A stretch of DNA of 63,766 nt, the filler included, from Reticulomyxa filosa (lineage: Eukaryota > Protista > Foraminifera): the NCBI GenBank assembly GCA_000512085.1. It is 23 parts of 23 records of this genome, joined end to end, with 100 filler letters (N's around TTAATTAATTAA, not from the genome) between each part and the next. Parts side by side here need not be neighbours in the genome. Positions count along the whole stretch, not along the records: positions 25,201 to 28,358 come from ASPP01009038.1; positions 28,459 to 32,309 come from ASPP01003124.1; positions 32,410 to 42,153 come from ASPP01019429.1; 20 more parts are not named here. One strand, given 5' to 3'. The notes below the pieces were generated by a model. The model saw only the letters and a program-made list of their open reading frames with translations, made no database searches and was not told the DNA's origin. This document shows positions 25,265 to 36,726 of the stretch, one piece after another (the stretch's first letter is position 1; the number at the start of each line of letters is the position of its first letter). Position numbers and translations under genes: made by a program.

Positions 25265-25761
25265 AATCAACTGCGGAGTTGATAAGTCAAATTGTTGTGA
25301 TCCTTGCACAGTTTGCACGCCGACGGGGGGTTTAATGGAGGAAGACTTTGGCGAAAAGAATTCGCCTGATGTAAAGTATGTGGACCAAGAGTGGTCGACT
25401 GATTCGGGGTTCTCCAACCATTTTGAATACAAGCTCTCCACGTATGGTCTACAGCAATGTTCCGGAAGAGGGAAAGTGAAAAGGGCAGAGAGAGAGAGAG
25501 AGAGAGGGGGGAGGGGGAGTGTTATGATGCAATCAAACTTTTCTTCTTTGATTTATCGAAATGAAACATTGAATCACAAACTCTCTTCTCCTTGTCTTCA
25601 AAGACGGAGAGTAGAAAACTTAACCCGACTGAGCCGCTCAAAAAGTCATCTTTGGAAGGGGACGAAAATTGACGAAAACTGCGCTTCATGTTCTTTTGAT
25701 TTTTAAAGTACTGCAGAGGACTGACCGACATCCCCGCAAACATGCGAGCGTCGAACATCTT
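25265..25761 (-). CDS. OGDH: 2-oxoglutarate dehydrogenase E1, N-terminal exons (3' partial)
   Basis: Removing intron 25449-25624 gives DDFLSGSVGPYVESLYSKWLENPESVDHSWSTYF (2-oxogl_dehyd_N motif), preceded by an Arg/Ser-rich mitochondrial presequence; start codon uncertain. Confidence 0.85.
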
Positions 25762-26592
25762 TCGTCGCTTTATTACTGATTGGAAACATGACAAATGCCT
25801 CTTTTTCATAGAACGCGTCCTGGAACAATGTGACAAGTGGTACATTTTATATGAGATGATATACTTTACTTCAAAAAAAAAAAGGGGGAAGAAAAAAACG
25901 TAACTAGGAACACTGCTGTATGCAAATATGCAATTTTCTTTGAGTATTAACTCGTAATTACGTGCAGTAAACAAAAAACGCTTCATATTTTAACTTTACA
26001 AAATTTAATGATAAAGCGATGTCATCATTAACTCAACCACAATTGCTAATGATCTATCTTCACTAATTTTTTTGGCTTTTTTTTTCTTGGACTAGTTATT
26101 TGGTGAATCTCAATCATTTCAAAGCATTTTCTTATCTTTTACTTGTGATAGCTCACATCAGAGTTAATTATAAAGTTTTGATCAATCATTTTTCATATTT
26201 TGAGCTTTGTCCAAAAAATCAGTTTTCATTAATCTTGTAAAAGGTTATGTAAAGCAAAAAAGTGTTTATACTTATTTCGGACTCGTTTTTAGTTGTTAAA
26301 AAAATAAGAAAGCTGAACAAAATTTAAAATTATTGTTTAATGCTTGCAAGTTGCTTCTGAACGGAGTATATTGTAACATGAAATAAAATGACTGTCTCTT
26401 TAAAAGTAAATGAATACACAATCCTATTTTATCTAAGCTCTAAACATAAGAACGCATTTCTAACTGTTTATCTTTAGGTGTATAACAAACAAGGAATTGT
26501 GACGATTAAGAAATCTCATGATCTTGCAAATTTTGACTATATTAGTTTTAGTGCGTGATAACACAAAAAAAGGGAGAAAAAAGACTATTTGA

Positions 26593-28358
26593 ATGCAGAA
26601 TTGCACTCGCTTGTACCGGAACAATTCTGTTTCTGCAGTACTAAATCAAGGTGGGATACTCAATAGCCGTCGTCCTGGTTCATCAGGCAGTTATCAAAAT
26701 CGCAATTGTGGTGTTGTACATGATGCAGACAGTGAAATGGAGGACTCAGAACTAGTGAGCGAATACCCAACACCGCGTGTGGAGTCCACGAGACCTCCGG
26801 TTGTTTATGCAGCAAATATCGCACATGACAAAACCAGTGAAAACAATGAAAACGAATATATTGTCAACAGCGACGTGATGAACAAGATGGAGGGGCTGCT
26901 ATCTTTGGATGGCTCCATTTTAAAGAGCAACGAAAAAGAAAGCAAGAGCCAGTCCTTTGATGAGAACGAAGATACAATGGCATCCAATCATCACACACCA
27001 CATATGAGTCCCGAAGAAGAGCATGAAAAAGATGACTTTTGATGAAAGATACGCAAAGGATAACAATATCATGGTAGTAGTGCGAGCACGTCCATTAAAC
27101 AAAAAAGAAAAAGCAATTGATTCAAAGAACATTTTGAAAGTGGTCGACGACCAAGTTGTGGTCATTTTGAACCCTGCTGTTGCCACTGATGACTATTTGC
27201 GTGCAAACAGAAACCGCGAAAAGCGCTACACTTTCGATTGTGTCTTTTCGGAGCAAAGCACACAACAACACGTCTATGAAAAAACGTCAAAGCAATTAAT
27301 TCATAATGTCATGGAAGGATATAACGCTACTGTATTTTGCTATGGCGCAACTGGGGCAGGGTACGTACATGTGTGTGCGTATACGTTATTTCCCTCTCTT
27401 CCCTCTTTTCAAAGAGAGTGAAGAACGTTGAACTTAAAAATAGAGCCAGTACACGCACAATGTGCAACTGCCTCGGAACTTTTTATACGTATACACCATT
27501 TTAATTTTTAGAGAAAAAGAGTCACTCCATTTTTTTTATTATAGAAAGAGAGAGAAAAAAAAGGAAAAAAATAATTTATTTTTAAAAAAAAAAACGACAG
27601 CAAAACGTATACAATGACTGGGACCACTCGTAGTCCAGGTATAATGGTACTGACAGTAGAGGAGTTGTTCCTCTTAGTAGAACAAGCATCCGAGTTCACA
27701 TATTCGGTAACAATATCATACCTGGAAATTTACAACGAGTTTATACGTGATTTGTTGGTGGACCACAGTACACATTTGAAATTGAGAGAAGACCCTTTGA
27801 AGGGAACTGTCATTGCAAACATTACAGAAATACAAGCAAGCAACGCCTTGCAAATATTGGATTTGTTGCAAAGAGGTAATGCACACAGAACAACAGAGGC
27901 AACAGACGCAAACAATCACTCTTCACGTTCTCATGCAATACTCCAAATTGTTGTTCAAGCAAAACCCAAAATTTCAGATACTCAGTCCACTATAAGAGTT
28001 GGCAAGTTCTCTTTAGTGGATTTGGCAGGGTCAGAAAGAGCCTCAGTCACTTCTAATCGAGGCATTCGACTGCTTGAAGGTGCCAACATTAATCGATCTC
28101 TCCTTTCTTTAGCTAATTGTATCAACTCCTTGGCCAAGGGACAAAAAAGTATGTTTGACCAACGTTTTATCATTGGCTTGATTCAAAAAGATCTCTGTGC
28201 TCCTCTTTTTTTTTTTGAACTGTTTTTCAAAACTGTGTAAGCAAAAAAAACTAAAACAAAGGAAGCTTTATAAATTATCGCGACAGTAAATTAACCAGAT
28301 TGTTAAAAGAGTCACTGGGTGGCAATTGCAGAACGATAATGATCGCAAATGCAAGTCC
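26593..28358 (+). CDS. Kinesin-8 family (KIF18/KIF19-like) motor protein, 3' partial
   Basis: [31 protein letters not shown]|KTYTM (P-loop split by an intron), [48 protein letters not shown]; one frameshift near 27037-27042. Confidence 0.93.
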
Positions 28359-28546
28359 NNNNNNNNNNNNNNNNNNNNNNNNNNNNNNNNNNNNNNNNNN
28401 NNTTAATTAATTAANNNNNNNNNNNNNNNNNNNNNNNNNNNNNNNNNNNNNNNNNNNNATGTAAATATTTATATATTGAAATATTTATTATATGTACATA
28501 TACATATATATGTATATATATATATATTTATCACTATTTAATATAG

Positions 28547-29623
28547 GCAAATTTTTTCTTTATGATTGATATATTTTGTTCATCATCTAAATTACTTAAT
28601 AAATTTGTTAATCATAATAATACTGTATGGAGTATTGATTGTGCAGAATTAAATGGTAGTTATTTAATTTGTTCTGGATCACGTGATAAAAGAGTTTGTG
28701 TATGGAATGTTAAAAATAATAAACAAATTCAATCATTTGATGGACATTTATCTGAAGTATATTGTGTAAAATTTTCATCATATTATTATTATAATCATCA
28801 TCGTAATATTATTTGTTCTTCATCAAATGATAATACAATTCGTTTTTGGGATATTAAAAAAAAAACGACAATCACAAATATTAAATGGACATACTCATGG
28901 TGTATGTGGAATTAAATTTTCATCATTTAATAATGGTAGATATTTATGTTCTGGATCATATGATACTACTATTCGTTTATGGGATATTAAAACATCTAAA
29001 TCATTACATGTATTTAAGGGACATACAAGTAATGTTTGGTGTGTTGATATTTCACCATTTTATAGTAATAGTAAAAATGAAAATAATAATATTGGTATAA
29101 TTGGTGGTAATGGATATACAATTTGTTCTGGGTCATATGATTATAGTATTCGTATATGGGATATTGAAACAACTAAACAATTACTTATGTTTAAAAAACA
29201 TAGTAATTATGTAAATAGTGTAAAATATGGATCAAATAGATTACGAATGAATGGTGGTATAAATACAATATTATCAGGATCAGATGATAAAAGTGTTTGT
29301 TTGTGGGATATTCGATCTGGTAAACAAACTCAAATATTTGATGGACATAAAGATGCAGTTAGAGTTGTTGAATATTCACCATTTGTAGCAAATAATAATG
29401 AAACTGGTAATGGAAATGTAATATGTTCTGGATCATATGACGGTACAATTTATTTTTGGGATATTCGATCAAATAGGAAAGCATTAAATGTAATTAATGA
29501 TAGTCTTAATGGAATAGTATGTCTTAAATTTTTACAATTAAAAAAAAAAGAAAAAGCAATAATAATTATGGTATTATTTTGTGTTATGGTTCAGTAGATG
29601 GTTCTGTTCGTGTTCGAGGATAA
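28547..29623 (+). CDS. G-beta-like WD40 repeat protein (expanded family), frameshifted
   Basis: About 7 repeats of GH...V..V.FS...ICSGSYD.TIR.WDI; frameshifts in A-runs at ~28856-28865 and ~29540-29549. Confidence 0.9.
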
Positions 29624-29859
29624 AATTTTTTCAATTATTTTTTGATTAAGTAAATTTTTCAATGATATAGTTCAATTCAATCATCCAAGATAATCTCAAA
29701 AGAAAAATGACCAAAAGTTGTGGTTATGGTTTGTCAAAAAATTTCATATTTGGAATATTTTTTGATAAAAATACAAGTAAAAATTATTCTTTATTAAAAG
29801 AATATAAATTAACATTTACTTTTTTATTTTTTAATTGATTCTTATTTGACTGATAATCA

Positions 29860-30141
29860 TCATGTGGTTGAATTATTATTGTTTTCAAGAAATGACTTTA
29901 AACAATTCTCTCCAATAATCAATGATTTATCCATATCTTTATGTTGTGAACATTCAATGTTCATAGGATTATTTGCAATTTGTTTGCAAATCAAACAAAT
30001 CAAATGCTCAATGTCTTCTTGCAATTGTGACCGTAAAAGCCAAACTTTGTTAAAGCAAGAATGCCCAAGGGAAAACGAAGTTGATTCATTTGTTGGCTTT
30101 ATGTCTTTTGATCTTTGTTTGCTTTCTTGATAATAAATCAA
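29860..30141 (-). pseudogene. TRAF-type RING zinc-finger fragment, truncated
   Basis: CFNKVW...HLICLICKQIANNPMNIECSQH...LIIGENCLKSFL; stops before the final CP.. Confidence 0.65.
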
Positions 30142-30466
30142 TTCAAAACTTCAATAACAAAAAATTGTTCTATCCCAAAAAAAACCCCCCTTTTTGTTTT
30201 TAACAAAAAACACCCTTTTGTACGAAAATTCAATTACCATCTCATCTGTTCAATGTGCTTCCTTCTTTCTAGGAAAAAGTTTATATCTCTACATCAATTT
30301 TGGAACTGATCTATTCTGTTATTTCATTTTCTTTTTATTCGTCTTATTGTTTATGTTAAACAAACTGGAAACTCAATATGAACAAATGTTACTTTTTAAA
30401 AAATTTGCCGTAAAAAGAAAAAAGGGTTCTACTTGTTTGTTTTGAAGCTAAGTCAGCCCGTTCTTT

Positions 30467-32309
30467 ATGTCCACGCAACTCCAAGAAGTTTTTCCCAACA
30501 TAGACCAGAATGTCGTCTTAAACGCATGGAACTATTGTAATGGGGACGCTGATGAGACAGCAACTTTCTTGTCTATGATTACAGAGAATACGTTATCTAA
30601 TTTATTTATTTTTTTTTTACAAAAAAAAAAACCTATTGATAATGCATATGATATTACAGTGCAGATTTTGAACAGCAAAGTCATTTAATGAGTTTATTTC
30701 AAATGTTTGCTAATAAACTTGAAAAAACAGTAATTTTACAAACATGGAAAAATTCAAAGGGACTGTATAGCAAAGCATGGAATATATTGAAAGAAATTTG
30801 TCTCACTTCTGATATCAATAAGTTAAATTATTTATGAAGTATGAAAAAAATAACTGTAAATATTTGAAATACTTAGATTGGAAAACGCAAAGAAATTAAA
30901 AATATTGAGAGAAATGTGCTTACATATCTTATGGAATATTTTAAAATATCCCAAATATATTAAATATCGACAAATTAATTCTGACACTTTATATCAAAAG
31001 TTACAATTGAAATGTAATCAATTAAGTGAAAATGTGAATCAAATATTTGGAGAAATTGAACATTATTTACAACAATTTGGATTTGAAAAATACAATGATA
31101 ATAATTGGTATTATCCAAATGATAATATTGAATTGTTACATCTATGGGAATGTTATCAAAAATGGATCAATCACCAAACTATGTTAATTGTTTTCTTTTT
31201 TTTTTTTTTTTTTGATGTTACAACACAATAATAAATGACATTTATTTCTTTTCAATAAAAAATAGATATAAAACAAGACATGGTGTACCAATAAGAACGT
31301 CAATGTTAAAAAATGGAAAATGGAGAAATTATGAAATTGCATTTGATTATGAACATCGAACAATAATGTTATTTGATGAAAACAAATTGAAAATAAAATC
31401 ATTACAACTTGGAAATCCGAATAAATCATCATTGGAATATAATGTTCATATTCAATGGTATAATCATATTGATATTAATCACACGTATGCCAAATGGGCC
31501 TGTTTCATTCTCAATCATACTTGGCACTTTCGCACAAGTAATTCGCAAGAAAGAGAAGATTTTTCATTTTACTACTCAGTTAAGCAAACTTCTTTATCAT
31601 TTATGGCAATTTATACATATATGCATATATACATATATAGGAATTTAATTCTTTTTGTATCATTTGGAAAGATGGATATAATAGAATATACAAAGAGTCA
31701 TTAAATCCTTATTTAACAACTTTAAAACAAGGACTTCAACATATAAAAGATAAAATACAAAAAAGAGATCACCTTATGTTTGGAACAGATGAATTGGTAA
31801 CTTTTCAATGTCTATTTGAAGAATGGAGTCCACAAATTGAATCAAATATGGGAGATAAAAATTTATTATTACATGATATTTACAAACATCTTCCGCATTA
31901 TCCAACGGTTCAAATATATTGGAAAGTAAAGCAAGGATTGATAGTACCTTATAAACGTACTGTTGATATAAAAAGAGTCAATTTACCAAAAAAAGGTGGT
32001 TTAGATATTGAATTTTGTCCACCAGATAAAAAGTCTACATTTAATCCGTTCTTGTATGAATGTGATATAAATAAACTTCAAATCATCCATGATGCATTGC
32101 ATTTTAAGATAAATGGAATTGATGAATTGAAAAAATTGCTACATGAAATAATAAAAAATAATTATTTGTGTGATTTAATTGCTCCAAAATACGCAAGTAA
32201 TAAAAAAGAATGTTATGATAATATCAAACAACAAATTGGTTATAATGAAAAAAATGATGGATGTAAAATAATATTAAATGATAAAATATTAACAATATTA
32301 AATGAATTG
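30467..32309 (+). CDS. CUE + PUB domain protein (multi-exon, 3' partial)
   Basis: CUE-like LQEVFPNIDQNVVLNAWNYCNGDADETATFL; PUB-like LHILWNILKYPKYIKYRQIN...YLQQFGF; several GT-AG introns. Confidence 0.7.
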
Positions 32310-32429
32310 NNNNNNNNNNNNNNNNNNNNNNNNNNNNNNNNNNNNNNNNNNNNTTAATTAATTAANNNNNNNNNNNNNNNNNNNNNNNNNNNNNNNNNNN
32401 NNNNNNNNNAAAAAAAAAAAAAAAAAAGT

Positions 32430-32629
32430 GATTTGCAAACCTGTATAAAATCGTCGTTTTGTTGTTTTCTGTTTGCTTCAGAGATTGCCTTCCATAATTG
32501 CACTTTTTTGTCAATTGAAATTTTCTTCGCTTCACAAAGTTCATTGATATCACTCCTTTCCAAATGCAGCAACATCTCACTGAGTTTTGTTTTTTTTTGT
32601 ACAGCTGTTTCTAATATAAGCTGAAGCAA
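32430..32629 (-). CDS. SAM-like domain fragment
   Basis: KLSEMLLHLERSDINELCEAKKISIDKKVQLWKAI resembles a SAM helical bundle; ends at a GTTTG donor. Confidence 0.35.
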
Positions 32630-33164
32630 AAAAAAATCAACAACCGAACATCAATTGCAAGATCAATTTAACATTTAAAAAATATCTGATGCAGTTAGGT
32701 GCATTATAAAGTGATTGTAGCTGTCTTTGTTTCCAATTGTGTTGAACACTCGATTTCATCTAACAGTACTCTTTTGTTTTGTAGTACTGTACCTTCAGAA
32801 CGTTGTTTAGCACTATGATATTTTGCAACGAAGAAAGGATTTGATACATTCTTTCCTCTAAGTTAACATAATATTTTTAGAAATTTAAAATTTCGGGGGT
32901 TCTTTGAGAAAAGATTTTGTGCTTGTACAATCTTAATAGCATACCAGTGCTTCTCCTTCAATACATATATTAACTCATGGCTTGGTACCACTTTTAGAAA
33001 AATTAATAATTATTTTATTTTATTTATTAATGTATAGAAAGATCAAGCATCAATACACAAATTTAAGAAAAATACAAAATAAAATAAAAAGATTATTCAA
33101 TTCTGATGTTGCACGATTAAAAAAAGCTTTTTTTTTAAAAAAATTATACTTTTTAAAAATTTGA

Positions 33165-33169
33165 CCAAT
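33165..33169 (+). promoter_or_regulatory. CCAAT box upstream of histone H2A
   Basis: TTGACCAATGAAAG ~155 bp upstream of the ATG; CCAAT boxes are typical of histone promoters. Confidence 0.45.
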
Positions 33170-33322
33170 GAAAGTAGCGTTTTAACTATTTAATAAGTAA
33201 AGTAAGAGATAGATAATTAAAAGCAAATTAAAGATAACATTTTTTTTTTTTTTTAAATAATACTAAATTTTGTGCTATCATTTTATTTTTACAATAAATC
33301 TAAAACAATAAAAAAATAAAAA

Positions 33323-33772
33323 ATGTCCGGAAAAGGCAAACGTGGAAAAAGTGGTGGTAAAGTAGAAGGTAAAGCAGATAGCAAAACACAAACACGATCA
33401 TCTCGAGCAGGATTACAATTCCCCGTTGGAAGATTAGCAAGATATTTGCGTGAAGGACATTATGCACAAAGAATAGGAGCTGCAGCACCTGTATACATGG
33501 CAGCTGTTTTAGAATATGTTGTTGCAGAAGTTTTAGAATTAGCTGGAAATGCTGCAAAAGATAATCAAAAAACACGAATCAATCCAAGACATATTCAATT
33601 AGCTGTCAGAAATGACGATGAACTCAATGTCTTCTTTGGAAAAGCTATCATTGCACAAGGAGGTGTATTACCAAACATCCATCCTTCGCTCGTTCCAAAC
33701 GACAAAAAAAAGAAGAAAAAAGGTGGAGAAAAAACAAAAGAAAAAGATTTGTCTTCTTCACAAGCTTATTAA
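33323..33772 (+). CDS. H2AX: Histone H2A (H2A.X-type, SQAY C-terminus), intronless, complete
   Basis: [56 protein letters not shown]; ends SSSQAY*. Confidence 0.97.
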   Translation: MSGKGKRGKSGGKVEGKADSKTQTRSSRAGLQFPVGRLARYLREGHYAQRIGAAAPVYMAAVLEYVVAEVLELAGNAAKDNQKTRINPRHIQLAVRNDDELNVFFGKAIIAQGGVLPNIHPSLVPNDKKKKKKGGEKTKEKDLSSSQAY

Positions 33773-33791
33773 TCAGCTCTATTTTTTCCCA

Positions 33792-33807
33792 GGTGTTTTT
33801 TAACACC
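33792..33807 (+). promoter_or_regulatory. Histone mRNA 3'-UTR stem-loop
   Basis: GGTGTT-TTTT-AACACC: perfect 6-bp stem and 4-nt U loop, flanked by CCCA and ACCTA, 19 nt after the stop. Confidence 0.88.
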
Positions 33808-34171
33808 ACCTAACTTTTAATTGTTGTGAACCATGGCTGTCTTTGAGTTGTTTTTTTAATTGTGCCAAGTTTATTGATTAATTTTATTTCATTATGTTCA
33901 AATGATAACCTGATTTTCAAGCATAAAGGTTGTGACTGAAAGCGTTCATTCTTTAAAATTATTTCTAGTGCAAAATATTGTCAGTGAGCTGAAGTTTTTC
34001 CGTTTAAAAGTATCAGAAAGTTTGACATTTGTTCGAAACTGTACAACAAGAAAAAAATAATGACAGAACCATCAAAAAACAAACATGCTAAAGGAAGAGC
34101 ACACTATTTATTACAAAAAACCGAAGGTCAGAAAATTCACTGGACAGTCCACATTTCGAAAATGCGGTTCT

Positions 34172-35130
34172 TTATGTTTTGTCAGTATTTTCAGTGTTCG
34201 ATTTCAAAGATGCTTGCTTTTTGACAATACCTTCAATGTGACTATCCGCAGGAGTCTTGTCCAAATTCACGTCATTTTCATCATCTTCAGTTAGGTCATC
34301 TGCAAACCCAACCCAGCCAGAAATTCCATAAATGAATTCACGGAACGTTATCTCTTGGTCATGATTGTAGTCCAACTCTTCCATTCGAAGATCCACCTGT
34401 CCATGGTAACATATGCAATGTGCAACAAAATCATGACACTAAACCTAAAAACCAAAAAAAAAAATCAATTAGTGACAATATTTTTTTTAACTAATTCTTC
34501 ATCTCTACAAATCGAAATAAACGCTCGACGGAATTCTGCTTTTGTGATTTCGCCACTTCCATCAATGTCAATGGCATCAAACATATTCTTTACAATCTAC
34601 AACAAATTACCCCAAATGTGCCCTTTTTTTTGTTTGTTTTGTCCTACCCTTCTTCCTTTTTTTTTTTTTTTTATACGTGGTTACAAAAAAAATATGCTTT
34701 TGTATACGTGTCAGAGAAAAATGATGAGAGGACTGAACGTTGAATCCCTTGGTCACGATTTCATATCTTTGTTTAGTGGTTGGATTTTCGTTCTTGTACT
34801 CTTCATTGCGTTTTTCATAATGACACTCGGCAGAACCTGTTACAGGCATTGCCATTTTATTGAAATATAAGAAAAAAATCTAGAAGATGTGTTTTTTTTT
34901 TTAATTATCGATTTTGCGTAGGAGATACATAATCAAAATTACGGACTAGGGTAGTAGCACTAAACCGACTAAAAGCCTCTTACATGTCATAGTTTCGCTA
35001 TCAGCTGTCACATCCTTCCCAAACATGTTTTTCAGTTCCTCGTTTGTCGTTGGTGGATATCCCAAATAATCCAAGAGTAGCAGAAATTTTCCTTTTTCTG
35101 CTAAACACCTAATTTAAAACTGCAAAGGGC
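34172..35130 (-). CDS. EF-hand calcium-binding protein (CML21/22-like), multi-exon; 5' end unresolved
   Basis: MFDAIDIDGSGEITKAEFRRAF and RMEELDYNHDQEITFREFIYGISGWVG in exons separated by GT-AG introns. Confidence 0.8.
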
Positions 35131-35396
35131 AAAACCTAAAGAAAACAATGAAAAAAGATGTTAAGCGGAACCATTTAAATATTTTTGTTGCTTTCTTTAA
35201 AGCGTGTAAAAATTTTAAAAGAAAGCAATTCAATTACGAAAGGGGAAAAATAAAAATATACCATTGATTTACTATGCCTTTTATATTGTCATAATTTTTC
35301 TTACAATCGATTCTAGTAGAAAAATATGTAGTTAACTCATTGAATCATTGTGAGTCGAACCAATTCAAAACTTGGGAAAAAAAAAAGTTGTATGTG

Positions 35397-36695
35397 TTAG
35401 GATTTTTTAGCGTCACGGTTTGACGAAGCCCCTGGAAGATCGGATAAAATTGCACTCGACAAGGGTTGGATATTTCGTTTGGAATTGAGTGTGATCTTGC
35501 CATTTTCAATGGCGAGAATAAGTTTTTCGCAATCATACTGAGCTTTTCGAGATATGACAATCGCATAAGTTTCATCTGAAGTATCACTCTGAGTTCCAAC
35601 CATTTTAATTTTTTCCAACAAAGTACTTGGAAGCTCAAGTATATGACTTTCTTGAGCAAGAGTCACATAACGTGCAAGCGCCTCAATCATTAAGCATTGT
35701 TCAATTGGGTTTGCAAAGAATGTGGCCAATGCACGACACTTTGACGCTTGCACTCTGTTGTAAGCCCCTTCGATGGTGCCACTAGCGCATGTGCGCGACA
35801 ACGGTGCAAGGAGAGTACTATCTACAACATCGGGCACGTACATATGTGCACTCTTATCGTCCCTACCGTGGACCATCCGAGCAGCACAAAACGTATTATG
35901 TAATATCGTTATCACCATGCCATAATAATGTTGCAATAGTTTATGTTTTTCGATTTGTGCAGTCATGTTTTTTTGGTGTGTGTTTGACTCTTTTTTTTTA
36001 TGTGTGTAATAATATTCTGCAAGGAGCACCGACCACAAAATTTCTTTCTTCGATAAACTTATATTCGAATTCAATTTTTCATTAGTATCTTCAGATTTGC
36101 CAATTCCGTCAGTATCAAAACAAGTGGACAATATCTCTTCTAAAACTTCGTCGTTGCCTTGCACTTGCACTTGCACTTGTAAAGGTAAGTCGGCTGTATC
36201 ACCACCCTTAGTAACATCTCCCGACAATAACAAAGTAGGATGACTCATCCCCTCATTATCTTCTTTTTCTCCATTTTCAGCATCCAACTGACCCTTTTCA
36301 ATTTTTTTTTTTTCGTCATCGTCGCAAGATATATACGTATATTTTTTTTTTGTATGTGTATACGTTGCCATCTTCAATTGTTGTTGCTGACACTGTTTTA
36401 TGGCATCTTCAAGTGCAAGGAATTCGGCACACTTCCAAATGTCATCTTTTGCAAATCCATGCTCCGCAATGAAGTCCTTCTCCATCAACTCTTCATTTGT
36501 TTCAAAACGGAGGCTTTCTTTCGAATCCGAGTCTTGAGATGTGTTTGTCGAGATTGCCGACATTTTGTCATCATTGCCAACAGTCTTCAGCAATGGCAAG
36601 CGCCGCAATGATCCCAATATCGCTTCCGCTTTTTCCGAAACTTTTCGATTCTTATCTTTCAATGCAACCTTCAATTGGTTCAACACACTCTGTTC

Positions 36696-36726
<31 letters not shown>

